NCBI GenBank assembly: GCA_965644295.1
Contig: CBFFRP010000362.1
Coordinates: 124,001 to 188,000, forward strand
Reading direction: 5' to 3'
Length of the DNA: 64,000 nucleotides
Source of the DNA: Paraphysomonas bandaiensis
Lineage: Eukaryota > Protista > Chrysophyceae
Below, piece by piece: positions 35,640-49,000 of the stretch. Made by a program: the position numbers and the translations under genes. How positions within the stretch are numbered: the stretch's first letter is position 1; each line of letters begins with the position of its first letter. The notes beneath the pieces are model-generated. The model did not search any database, had not been told where the DNA came from, and worked only from the letters and a program-made list of their open reading frames with translations.

Positions 35640-38610
35640 GCCTACCACCCAACTTCTGGGAACAGGCCATGTCCACCGTCACGCACATGAAAATCGCCTG
35701 CCATGCGCCTCTGCAAAGGGATTCATATCACCGTATCAGTTCATCCACGACGAGGCCCCCGATTTATCTTACGCCAGGATTTGGGGCTGCAAATGCCATA
35801 CATTCATAGACAAGTCTCAGAGAAGAAACGATTGGTCTCCACACAGCCATATTGGGTACTTCATGGGATACCGAGAGGATGGACCAGGGTACGTCATATA
35901 TGAACCTTCACTCAAGGACTTTGTTATCTCAAGTCACGTCTTTTTCAATGAGTGCATCCCCGACGTCAAAGAAAACTATTACGCTGAAATCGAATCATCA
36001 CTGAGAAAAGAAAATTCAGAGAATCGAACAACCGAGAGCTTCCAATACCTCGTTGGAATGACCCACACAGATCCACAGGATGGCCTCCAATACATCACGA
36101 CAAGAATCACAGTCATCAAAGGCCACGTGGCTGCTTACAGAGGATTGGCCCCACGAGAAAATGAAGGGCGGGTCATCGAGTTAAATGACCCAATACACGC
36201 TGCGGACATCGAAAGATACACCGCCGAGAACTTTAGTTATCAGAACGCGGTATCACCCCCGCAAGAGGAACCAGGATGCCCCGTGGAAGGAACAGCTCCA
36301 GGGAGGAGCAGTTCAACTGATAGCCATCATGACGCCACACGGGGCGGGAGTCACAGCCATTTGAGAGGACCCTACTCAAATGAAAAGGAGGCAAGGCCTC
36401 GCCGCACAGCAGAAGCTCAGCGGAATACAGTGCCGAAGGAGGCACGGGGTGACAACAAGTGTGATCACCCTGCTCGTAAGGTCAAACGAGCTATCAAGAC
36501 TGTGAATTCCCAGGGTGACAGGAGCCGGCAAAGCCCGGATGGCACAATTACGGGTGTAAGGACACCCCACCGTCACAAGGTGAGCCGTTGCGTAAAGAAA
36601 AGTCTCCACAGCAAGAGGCAGACCAGAAATAGGGTAATCATGAATGTACACAAATTCGGTGACAATATATACCACTGTGATGTTGATAAACGATATCTGT
36701 ACAACCACAAAACACCTGATAAACATGATAGTTACAGAACATTATACATGAATGATGTTGACATCATTATGCATGCAAATGACACATGTAGCAATGATGT
36801 ACCTGACACACCTAACAATGTTGGTGAGGCACTATCAGGCAGGTACAAGGAACAATGGCTGAGAGCCATCAACAAAGAAATCAAGTCTCTAGAGAGCAAA
36901 GGCTGTTGGAGGATAACGACACCACCAGCAAATTCCAACATCATAAGGGGAAAATTCGTGTTTAGGGTAAAGGTCAAGCGAGATGAGGTTACCTTCAAGG
37001 CGAGGTTAGTGGCTCAAGGTTTCTCCCAGGTCGAAGGTAAAGACTACAACGAAACCTACAGCCCAGTCGCAAAGGCCACATCAATGAGAACAGTCATAGC
37101 ACTAGCAACTATACTTGGGTTGGAGCTTCACCAGGTAGATTTCTTCACTGCTTACATCAATGCAGACCTCCAAGAGGAAATTTACATGTATCCGCCCGCT
37201 GGTCTCAATGTTCCAAACGGTAAAGTCCTCAGACTTCTAAAGAGCATCTACGGACTCAAACAGCCCGGGTTAAATTGGTATAAATGTTGTACTAATTATT
37301 TGTTAGACTGTGGTTTCACCAGATTAGTGTCCGACCCGTGCATCTTCCAGAAATCAATTGATGGTCGACTTATCATTCTGGCAGTTTACGTCGATGACAT
37401 CATCATCGCCCCTAAAAATAAAACTGACATCACCCAAATCAAGAATTCGTTAGCTGAAAAATTCGACATTCATGATCTCGGCCTTCTAGATTACTACCTC
37501 GGCATATTCGTCAAACAGGATATACAGAATCGAACTACGACACTACATCAATCTCAATACATACGGAACCTACTCCACAGATTCAGCATGGAAGATTGAA
37601 AGCCACGTAGTCACCCCCCATGACAACAAATTTCCATATAGGAATTCCTAGACATCATTCTCGAAAAGAAACAACTATCCCAAGAAAATCAAGAATTTGT
37701 CCAAAATTTTCCTTACAAGGAACTCATAGGTTCACTTATGTATATTGCTGTGTGCACTAGACCTGATATTGCATATGCTATAAACACCCTTGCTCGTTTC
37801 AGCACTAACCCAAATCTAACTACATGCAAAGCCGCATTAAACATACTTAGGTACCTCAAAGGCACCATCGATCAAGGTCTACAGTACTCCGGGAAGTCTG
37901 TTACCTTAACTGGATTCGCTGACAGTGATTGGGCACGCTGCAACTTAACTCGCAGGTCGACCACAGCGTTTTGCTTCTTTATTGGAAATTGTCTCATTTC
38001 CTGGCAATCACGACTCCAGACCACTGTAGCTCTATCCTCTACAGAAGCGGAGTACATGGCACTATCAACAGCATGTCAAGAAGCTATTTGGCTTCTCTCG
38101 GAATTGGGCTTCCACATGCCATACTCAACAACCATATGGTGTGACAACAAAGGTGCAATTCAACTATGCCTAAACCCCGTACACCACCGACGAACAAAAT
38201 AATCGCCATCAGATATCACTTCATAAGAGAACAAGTCGCATCGCACTCTATTATTGTTGATTACATGCCTACAAACGAGATGCTGGCCGACATTCTAACT
38301 AAACCCCTCACATCAAACACGTTCCACAGATTGCGGGATTCACTAATGGGGGGGGAGGTATCAACATACCTGCTAGCAATAAAAGAGCAAAAGTATCTAT
38401 CCCACCGGCAGAGAACTCAACCAAGAGACCACGATGGATGACTTAGAGATCTACGGAGTTTCCCACGAGTATGCTGTATGTTGACATCAGTGTAATCCAC
38501 AATCTGTGATCACACTCGTGGGTTTTACCCTCAGTAGAACTATGTCCAAAAATATACACCTATATTCATATATCTATGTATACGTCATATGATTATTTCA
38601 TTGAGGGAGA

Positions 38611-38867
38611 GTATTAGGAGTCATTGATTCACGTATATCTCTTAACGCGTGAATACAACACACGTATACAATGAAATACCAAATAGACTGAATAATTACC
38701 AAATTATACATGATACGCGACTGTACAAGATACGCACACGTGTGGTGCTAACGCTCTGCTCAAACATGTCTTGCTATTATACTATTAGGCCTTATCGTTC
38801 AATCTTTATCTCTAATAATATCAAGTATATTCTTACTAAATATCAAGACTAACCTTAAATCTTAGTT
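38611..38867 (+). repeat. Copia 3' LTR, preceded by PPT GAGGGAGAG
   Basis: Identical to the 5' LTR; purine tract 38603-38611. Confidence 0.93.
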
Positions 38868-38917
38868 ACACCTCTTACAACGTTCTTAATCATCTGAAAA
38901 TGGTCATTTGTCAATAG

Positions 38918-40213
38918 TAACTAGGACTGTAGTATGCGATTTCATGCACCTGCTGAATAGCACACAGTATCTATTGAACTATAAAGGAAGTACACCTCCT
39001 ATTAATTTTTCTAGAAACAATTGTAGAATAAATTTAAAATTCCCCTAACAGAATAGCGTCGGTACAGATTTAAATACCCTAGTAAGTTCTACCCTGAGAG
39101 CACTTAGGTTTTCTTTGAAAACTTAAAATTGTTTTTTAGGACTTGCTGCTAACTTTTAGTTAGCATAGGAAAGGTGAGTAAAATATTATTATGTGATGGC
39201 TGCAGAAAACAGCACCCATGCCGATGTTTATCAAGATTTATGGATCGTCTTTGGACCACCCACTCCGGAAACTTATCGTTTCACCTACATCTCTTCAGAG
39301 TTTCCCTATACATGTTCTTCATTTGATTTGATTTATATGATATTACCCAGTGCACATTATTACTCACTTATGAGGACAAAGTAGGACCATTGCGCAAAAC
39401 CGATACTGTTTCTATTTTGACATGTGCTTTGATTTCACCATATTAACGTAATATCATGATAAGTTTAGGCTGCATATGCTCATCAATCCAGTCATTTAAC
39501 CCGTTCCATTTTATCTCTCAATCTAGTAATTCCTATATCATTGGTAGTAAATAATATAATATTACAATCTAATAATGTGACTTTGTGTGTTCTTTGAACG
39601 AGTAAATGTTTAATATATAGATGTATCGGGCATCGTATTACCTGAAGAGGTCCTTTAACATGCTTCTACAATATTGTACTGGGTTCTCACCGCATATTCA
39701 GCGCTGAATACGGTGTGATAATGATGTAGCTAGGTGGGTTCAGTAGGTAGCTAGCAAATAACGTATAGGACGTAATCAAGTATTAGTTAGGTACCCATCC
39801 GGCCCCCACCTGGATCTACCTAAGTACGCGCTCAGAATGGAGCATGTAGGAGCCATAAACTAGGCGTATGTCCGAGGTTGTGATGATAGAACGATCGATA
39901 TGCTGTCCTCAACGGGGTGTATGTGGAACTACTATCGTCTGCTTTCACGTCAACCCCCAAAGCCACTTTCTCTATGTATCTACTTCTTGGCTTCTCGATG
40001 CTCTGTACATACTTCATAGTAAAGATACCATACTGTACGATGTGAGACGGACTGCTGTATTCTCAGGTCTACGTGGCCACACCACACGGACATGCATGCA
40101 GAAACTGGCCGTCTCTTGTCCAAAAAATTTATTCAGGTTGAAGGACGTTTCTGTAGGCATCAAAGTGTATTCTTTTTTGCCATGTGTTTTACATACACAG
40201 CAGCAATTCCATA
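38918..40213 (+). repeat. Duplicated segment X, copy 2 (uninterrupted)
   Basis: Aligns with 24327-25472 plus 28312-28357; identical 61-aa translations at 25148-25333 and 39832-40017. Confidence 0.85.
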
Positions 40214-40507
40214 CGTGGCAGCTGGAACTACTGTGCTGCTGCTGGTGAGTCCTATACCATATGTTGCACACAGCCAGCAGTATATGGCATACATGTATAC
40301 CATATACGTACAGGGAAGTGAATCAAATGACAGTGGTGTCCGTTCGTACGAATATTCGTTTCAGTGGTGGCAATTGGCCCCACAACGCCCAACACGCACC
40401 GCACTTTCCAAGTGTATCATTTAATAAAAAAAGTAAGTCCACAACAAGTACGTGAATATACTCACAATTAGAAGAGAGAGAGCTCTTGTGGTCTACAGGC
40501 TTTTAAC

Positions 40508-41636
40508 ATGGGAAAAGGGGGAAAATCTAATGAAACAACCGGCATGCGGAATGATTTCTTCACATCTTATACAGATGAGGTAAAGTCATCACTCTCTTCT
40601 ATCAATCATATGATCTGATAGTGTCTCTATAGCCTCATGCATCAAGAAGGAAAGAGATCTTGAAGAAATATCCTGAAGTGAGTTGTTACAATCATATGAA
40701 GCCTGTCATAATATTATTAATAGATAGAAAATCTCTTCGGTTCAGACATACGTCCCCTTCCTTTCGTCGTGGCGATCATTCTCTCTCAGCTCTATCTTGC
40801 CTATGTATCACAGGGCTGGTCATGGCCATTCTTCCTGTTAATTGCCTGGTCATATGGAGGAGTAGCCAGTCATGCGCTCTCTCTTATGACTCATGAACTC
40901 TCCCATAATCTTCTCTTTAAGACACCAATCTGGAATGATTACATGGGGATAGTGTGTAACATTGGCATGGGTGTTCCCAGCTCGACGTGAGTAAAAATTT
41001 CTGTGACTTATATGTGTATGTGATGATGTGTGTAGTCTGTTCAAACGGTATCACATGGAACATCATCAATACCAGGGTGACAAGATTAAGGACACTGACA
41101 TTCCCACAGATTGGGAGGGCCGTTTCTTCACCAACACACCGCTGAAGGCCCTCTGGCTATTAATGCAGCCCCTTTTCTACGCTCTGCGACCAACACTCGT
41201 CCGCCCCAAGGCCCCCCGCAAGCTTGATATGCTCAACACTGCTGTTATAGTCGTCACTGATGCATTGATTGGTTATTTTTGGGGCCCCGGTGCAGTTCTC
41301 TACTTAGTACTGTCCACTCTTCTTGGAATGGGTTTCCACCCTGTTGCTGGGCATTTCATTTCTGAGCACTACGTTTTCACACCTGGACACGAGACCTATT
41401 CCTACTATGGGCCTCTTAACTATGTCTGCTGGAACGTGGGCTACCACAACGAACATCATGATTTCCCTCGTGTACCGGGATGGAAGCTTCCGATGGTAAA
41501 AAAAATCGCTCCTGAGTACTATGAAGACCTTCCCCAGTACACGTCTTGGACAGGGGTATTGTGGAAATATGTCACCGACCCGACCATCGGTCCATTCAAT
41601 AGAGTCATACGCAATGGTAAGGCCAAGGGAGAATAG
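40508..41636 (+). CDS. DES1: Sphingolipid delta-4 desaturase
   Basis: N-terminal DEPHASRRKEILKKYPE; His boxes HELSH, HMEHH, HNEHH; introns ~40580-40632, 40678-40723, 40987-41035. Confidence 0.93.
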
Positions 41637-41954
41637 AAAGCTGGGCGTGGAGATGTATACACAGATTTCGTACATGCACTGTTACACCTGTTACTAGAGT
41701 ATATGAATCCCGTTCCCATGAGCCAAACGCTATTATTTTCTGTTATTCGATTGTAGACTTCGCTGTTGGCTTGCATTGATGTGATGCGTCGCATTGCCTT
41801 CATCTCCATCACATTTAGTATTACCAATATCTGTATGTGACTTTATATACGGGGGCCATTCTTGAATGTAATCAGTAAGAAGATTTTGGTGATAATATGA
41901 CTTGGTTTGTTTATATGTATAGCAAGAAGCAGCAATAAAGCCAGCTGTGCTGCA

Positions 41955-42003
41955 TTAGTTCTGACGTCTATTGCTAGTAACAAGACACTAGACATTCACT
42001 ACT
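41955..42003 (+). mobile_element. Degenerate 3' tail of the SINE/LINE family
   Basis: TTAGTTCTGAC...CTATTGCTAGTAA...AGACATTCACTACT, compare 20427-20476. Confidence 0.55.
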
Positions 42004-42270
42004 AACCGACTATTTCTTGAAGTGTTTGATAATCTACTTTTGAAAATTGAATTATCGTTGTGCTTAGCCTAGGGACAAAATGATTGTTGAGTTCTGCAAT
42101 ATGATGTGATATATATTGTGCAATTGAAGTGAGTTAATAGTGTACAATAGGTGAAGTCAAGAAGTCAACCCATAGCCCATAGGTGTAACGGGTAATTATA
42201 GGTACAAAGGAATTAAATTCAGTTACTGAAGTGTGACTATACAAGATATAGAACTGACTGATAAACATAT

Positions 42271-42450
42271 GATAAACAGATGTTCAATTGCTAAGAACAG
42301 ATGTTTCAACATATGTTACACGAATATGTAGTGAAGAGTGAAGTGCTCAGAATAATAATCATAATTTCTTACTTAAAAGTGCATTGTGTTCAACATAGCA
42401 AGGTTAAGGTTTACGTGTTAAGGTTTACTTCAGTGAAATGACCAATTCGA
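42271..42450 (+). repeat. Dispersed ~180-bp repeat, second copy at ~54612-54790
   Basis: Shared GAATATGTAGTGAAG...ATAATTTCTTACTT...AGTGCATTGTGTTCAACA...TTCAGTGAAATGACCAATTC. Confidence 0.7.
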
Positions 42451-42751
42451 ACAGATATGAATAAAATATCATTTAAGGACTAAAATTCTGTATACTAAAA
42501 TTTAGTACACCCACAAAACACTAAACGAGCTACATACTACATACTCACCATCGTCCAGTGTGGATATATATTTGTAGTTTGTAGAAAGTGGAAACAAGAT
42601 TTATTACTAGTCTTAGCGATTAATGAAATATATATATCGTATTGTTTAGAATGTAAAGATTGATTATAATAAACTCCACATCAATAAAGCTTAATAGTAT
42701 AATGTATAATAGCAAGATACGGTTGAATAGAGCATTAGAACCTATCACACA

Positions 42752-43545
42752 TTAGCGTATCTTGTATAGTCGATTGATATTTCATTGTATTATCTTATTG
42801 ATTCGCGCTTTATGAGATATACTTGAATCAATAAATCTTAGTATGTAGTTCACTGCAATTTCGAATAAACACACATATTTTACTGGTGCTATTCACACTC
42901 ATGGCAAGTTCATAATATATATGTTATTACACACTTCTCGAGCACGAAAATAAACACGGTTAAAAGTAGGCTAGCCGCTAGCGAAAACTAGCCCATACTA
43001 CCCATAAGCTAGATATAATAACTATTATAGCATGGTATCGTACACCACGCAGCTGATGAAAGCAGGCAGTGTTACAGACACAGTAGATGCATATCAACTG
43101 CAGGCACAACTGAGGGCACTGCATGATAGGCTCCACTGAGTACAAACTGACAAGTACAGACATTAATCCTCTTCGACCTCCTCTGCTATAGATTCTGTCA
43201 TAGAACCTCTCGTGGATCTTCTCTTCCCCCTGCCTCTAACCGGTCTTTCAGCACCACGCTTTTTTGCAGCAGAGGCAGGTGAAGCCGACGTAGCCAGTGA
43301 GGACGGAGTGGATGGGGCGACATGGGCCTCTGAGATTACACTTTCAGCATCGTCTCCATTTGCACCAAGCTCACGGGACAAACGTGCTGCCATCGGTGAC
43401 TCACTCGGTCCACGGTCTGCAGAGCTTGTAGAATCGGGGTAGTGGTTGAGATTCAGCGTAAGTACGCGGCTGGAAACACTGCACACGATATGACAATTAC
43501 AAATATTTCAGTATACAACGGACCAACCTCTCTATATCCTTACAA
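42752..43545 (+). repeat. 794-bp direct repeat, left copy (duplicate of SMC1 last intron, last exon and 3' flank)
   Basis: Identical by eye to 45276-46069 (offset 2524); identical ORF translations 43163-43486 and 45687-46010. Confidence 0.93.
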
Positions 43546-45275
43546 CACGCATTCCCGAACACATAAGAAGCCACACAGACTGTCAGGCAGTGTGCACCCG
43601 TACTGAGGAAGCACTCTCCACAAGACGCAGAGCTCTCGGTCACCGTGCAAAAGGGGTACTACTCGAAAGCATCGCGGCCAGTAGAGATTGCAAACGACAG
43701 GTGACCTGGGTGAGGTCCCATCCCGAACGACGTACCACAGATGAAACGGAGTGGACGTTTGAGGACAAGGGCATCTATATCGCGGACGCAGTCGCGGGTG
43801 AAGACTGGCATGAAGTCGATCGCATCCTTGGAAAAAATAACTACACTGTCTGTACAATTGCGATTGACAGTGCCATTGAACGCTTACTAACCGCTGGATT
43901 ATGGCACTGGCGTTTGCACAGTACAAGACGGCCATACTACTCTAGCCCACTCCTTACTGATTTCCAAGATCTCTGCGACCTAAGGACACTTGAGAACTAC
44001 ACTTCAACCAGAGATCAACGCTACGGAAACAATCCTGATCGAGCGCCTGGCTACTGGACCAATAGCGGAGTACACCTCCCGCGCAAACTAGCTCAAGCGG
44101 ATGGCAGTGCATCCAAAGACAAACTCAGCTCAAATCTACGCCAAAGAATTCTCAACACGGCACTGACATGGGACAAATCTTTCTGCATAGGGAGGAACCG
44201 GGCCAAAACCAAACAGGGGCTTGACCTGACCAAAGCCGCATGCTCTGACTGCGGGTTTCGACTAGATTCCCTAAAACATATGTGCCTCGACTGCACACAT
44301 GAATCCATCACCCAAATAAGGGAAACTGCATTTCAATCGCATAAAAATGTGCTACACGAAATACAGAGAACTCAGACCTTACCCAACTGGATCACATCTG
44401 CACTACGGAGACTCTCCAGCAGAGCCTGGAATCCCTCCATCCCACAGGTCGAGAGATACTGGACTGGAACCATCACAGCAGCCCAACTGGAAACGGTCTT
44501 CGGAGATGACATACACAACCACCTGACGGCTCACAGTCTACGGAACCTAGAAACAGTGGTTATTAATCTCCTGCAACCGCTTTACACTGCAGCGAAGCTT
44601 ATGTTACAGGATCGCGGTTGTCGCTATATCACCATGTCCAAAAGGCCGCCCAGGCTACTCCCGAGACCCCGTCCGAAACGCAGTCAGTCAAGACAACGTC
44701 CGAGAGTCCTTCGACTACTAGGGGTCCAACGAAGACCCCCCACAGCGTATCCGACTCCAGACACACGTGCACACCTCACAGGTCCTACCCGACAGAGCAC
44801 TGGACTGCCCAGACCTCCACAACGCCGACGGCTTCGACAACTCTATCTACACCCGCGGCCCCACAGGAGCACAGTAACACATACTACAAACCCAACTCCT
44901 CCTCCCAACAATCCCCACCACTCCCAACCCACACATCTGGAACTAGGTGCACTCAGGACCCTAATTCAGAATGCTGAGCCCCCTCCAAAACCAATGGAGA
45001 CCCATCCCAAAGGGAGACCCCCAGATCAAAAGCGCCGGTGAGTCCACGGACACACGATAAAGGCGAATTTCATATCACACAAAAAGAACGGAAGTGGTTG
45101 CACCTTGGTGCTTGCGGCGACGCACAAGCAGCTTTCGTAGCGTTAAATAGTAGGATAAAAGAGTTTGTATTGATTAGTTACGGGTAGTGGTCTAACTAGT
45201 ATGACTAGCATTCTTCTAGCCACTAATTGATGCAAGGTCTCAACGCCTATTGCTAAATAATCAGACATTCACTAC
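43546..45275 (+). mobile_element. 5'-truncated non-LTR retrotransposon (RNase H + CCHC zinc finger + 3' UTR)
   Basis: ORF 43590-45041 with RNase H-type WVRSH...GIYIADAVA and C-x2-C-x8-H-x4-C; 3' end GACATTCACTAC shared with the short-element family. Confidence 0.82.
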
Positions 45276-46069
45276 TTAGCGTATCTTGTATAGTCGATTG
45301 ATATTTCATTGTATTATCTTATTGATTCGCGCTTTATGAGATATACTTGAATCAATAAATCTTAGTATGTAGTTCACTGCAATTTCGAATAAACACACAT
45401 ATTTTACTGGTGCTATTCACACTCATGGCAAGTTCATAATATATATGTTATTACACACTTCTCGAGCACGAAAATAAACACGGTTAAAAGTAGGCTAGCC
45501 GCTAGCGAAAACTAGCCCATACTACCCATAAGCTAGATATAATAACTATTATAGCATGGTATCGTACACCACGCAGCTGATGAAAGCAGGCAGTGTTACA
45601 GACACAGTAGATGCATATCAACTGCAGGCACAACTGAGGGCACTGCATGATAGGCTCCACTGAGTACAAACTGACAAGTACAGACATTAATCCTCTTCGA
45701 CCTCCTCTGCTATAGATTCTGTCATAGAACCTCTCGTGGATCTTCTCTTCCCCCTGCCTCTAACCGGTCTTTCAGCACCACGCTTTTTTGCAGCAGAGGC
45801 AGGTGAAGCCGACGTAGCCAGTGAGGACGGAGTGGATGGGGCGACATGGGCCTCTGAGATTACACTTTCAGCATCGTCTCCATTTGCACCAAGCTCACGG
45901 GACAAACGTGCTGCCATCGGTGACTCACTCGGTCCACGGTCTGCAGAGCTTGTAGAATCGGGGTAGTGGTTGAGATTCAGCGTAAGTACGCGGCTGGAAA
46001 CACTGCACACGATATGACAATTACAAATATTTCAGTATACAACGGACCAACCTCTCTATATCCTTACAA
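45276..46069 (+). repeat. 794-bp direct repeat, right copy (native SMC1 3' end)
   Basis: Identical by eye to 42752-43545. Confidence 0.93.
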
Positions 46070-49000
46070 ACGCCCACGAGCCTGTCCGCATGCTCAAAGA
46101 ACATATCTTTCAGAGATATCACAACGCACTGGAAATGCTTCGAGCGCTGTCTGATATAATTGCACACCTGTAGATGTACGTACACTTAATACAACTCACA
46201 CACATATGAGTAAAGACCTTTTGAACATTAACGTTATCCAGGGCGGCATCCACTTCATCAAGGACAAAAAAAGGTGCCTGGCGGAAGCTACCAGTACACC
46301 ATCAACTAGTATACAGGTCACTTCGCAGCACACGTACCTATGAATGCTGAACAGAAGCGCAAGTGCGGCCACAGTCTTTTCCCCGCCTGACAATTGATCC
46401 ATATCCCTACGTGCACCAATGTAAAAGCACGAGATGATAGAGACAACAAATGCCAATGCGCAACCACCCAAATCATATCAAAGAACACACATAGACCACC
46501 TAAAGCGTTTGGACGGTGGCATCGCTGTATATCGTATGCCCCCACTAAATGGTTCCTCAGTATTATCAAGGGTAAGGTATGCATTGCCACCTAGTAGTGT
46601 CAGACCATGTGTGAGACAATGACAAATAGGCATCAAGTTTCTCACCCAGTGGATGCTTGGAGCTACGAGTAAGATCTTTATAAATGACAGCCAGTGCCTC
46701 AGAGACATGATCGAAACAAGCCTGAAATAGTCTCTGTCGAGTCTCTCTTACTTCATCAAACCTACACTCAGGGTCAACATGTGCTTTGCACTATGTCCAG
46801 AGAGAAGTCGAACCTGGCTGTTATCTCCTTTGCCTCATCTCTGACATGATCAAGGTCCGCATTACAGTCCTTGAGTTTCTCGACAACTCCATCATATCTG
46901 CGAATAAGTTTGAGTATATACCATAGACGTATCAAACGAATATATTTATAAAATATTACATACGGACAACCATATATATACATCCAATATATTATAAATA
47001 TTTCAGTAGACAACCTCTCCATAGCATGCATGTTCGGCTGCATGCTCTCAATCTCCTCTTGCAACTCCTGGATCTGTCTTCTTAACGCCCCCTCTCGCTC
47101 CATTTGAATATCTCGCCTGTGCGCCCCCGGCAGGGCACGAATTGCCGACAAGTCCACTGTAGAGACTCGTTCAGCGTCTCTCGCAACAACAGGGTTGTCA
47201 CTCTCATCGAAATGAGCAGAAGGGGTGATATCAGATTCCTGCTGTTGGCTCTCCACCCGACGACTCCTTCTTCTTCCACCACTGTTACTTGAACTGTCTC
47301 CACTGCTCCTAGAGTGAGTGGTACTTCCCCGCCATCTGAGTTCAGAATCCTCTCCATGTCCCTCCACCGCTGGAAGAGCGATTTCTTCTACCTCAGCTTT
47401 TTGGAGTGTTTCATGTAATTGGGAACGAAGGCGTTCAATAGCAATCTCTTGAGCAGCAACTCGTTTCAGGGCACTCTCTTTCTCACTTGCCAGCGCGTTC
47501 CTCCTCGATTGAAGCGTTTTCAGCTCTGTCTCGATCTCCTTCTTACCTTTCTTCAGTTCCTCTCGTTTGGCAACTAATCCCTCACATTGTACTCTCAGTT
47601 CCTCTGATTGAACAGTTAATCTTTTCATCTCCTCCTCAACATCAGATATTTCTCGAACCGTCCCTTCAAGTCGTCTACAATGGTTAGACAAGGCGCCTTT
47701 GAAGTCTCTCTTTAACTCATATTCCATTTGGGCTCTTAAAGAGGCCCGTTGCTCCGCTACTTCACTCTTCCTAGCTATCAACTCTTTGTGATGTCTCAAC
47801 CTTGTCTCTTCAAAGTGACGAATATTTTCTACTCCCATACGTCTAGAAAATGGACCAAAGATTTCACTTTCAACTACTCGGACTTCCTCCTGTAGAGATT
47901 TCAGGCGTGCTTGCTTCTTCTCACACTCTTTTTCCACAGACTGGCGCTCCTTGCGCAGTGCTGTGCAATGCTTATTCCGGATTTCTTCCTGTTGTACCAG
48001 TTGCGCCAGCTTCTCTTCGCATACTTTCGAGTCTGCATCACATAGATTAATCCGAGTTTGGAGGGTCCTCAATCGGGTCTCTAGCTCAATTGCACGCTGT
48101 CGACCTGGGATGCGGCGTTTATTTGCCCCAATTTCTTCCTCCAGTTCGACTTTTTTCTTACGAAGGCGTTCAATTTCTTTCTCCTCCCATCTGTTTCCGC
48201 CCTCCCTTACCAAGGCACCACCTGTCATAGTTCCTGCTTTACTAATAACATGTCCAGTCAAGGTCACCACTTTTACTCGCTCTCCCCGAGTAAAACAGAG
48301 CTCTCGCGCCTCCTCCAGAGAATCACACACCACTGTCGATCCAACAGCATAGAGCACAGCTGGGCGGAATATATCACTATCTGTATCAATCAAATCTGCG
48401 CATACTCTGAATCTACCTCCAAGAGCGCGCAGTCGATCTGGTACATCCTGTGTGGATATATTATCCAGTGGAAGAAAAGAGCACCGGCCGATACGCTGGT
48501 CTTTCAAATATCGAATGCAATCAGCAGCTGTCTGACGAGTGTCAACAACAATAGCATCCATGTGCTTTCCTCCGGCCACGGACACAGCTTGAGCATATTT
48601 TCTTTGTACAGGGCGACACAAGTCCACTAATCGACCGTGTACACCTGGAAAAATACTCTGCATTGTCTCCAGGGCTTCTGCCAGGCGCTCTTCTTGCCTG
48701 ACAAAACAAGCAGCAAGTCAGAGTGTACATGCACAAGTTACAGATTTCTAGAACACTTGAAGCAACGCATACGTTTAAACATATAGGTACTGGGATACAA
48801 GCTAGTGTATCGGGCGCACCTAGTTGCTCGTCGTGCATCACCGGCATCTTGAAGCGTGCCACATACTTCGGCATACTGATTGTCCAGCAACCTTCCCTTT
48901 TCTTCACACTCAGCTGTCAGTCGAAGTAGTTCATCCTTCTCCCGCTCAAGAGCTAACTTATCCTCTTTTCCTTCAGAAAGAGAAGCTGTGAGTTTTTCCA

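Larger units (their letters stand above)
29883..38867 (+). mobile_element. Ty1/Copia LTR retrotransposon (defective, with nested insertions)
   Basis: 257-bp LTRs; gag CCHC (CFRC...H...C), protease ILDSG, integrase, RT (KARLVAQG, YGLKQ, YVDD), RNase H (ADSDW, STEAEY, ADILTK) in Copia order; stops at 31894, ~32079 and 37597 plus frameshifts. Confidence 0.95.

Noticed and set aside
43163-43486. 107-aa ORF as an independent gene
   Set aside because: It is the duplicated last exon of SMC1.
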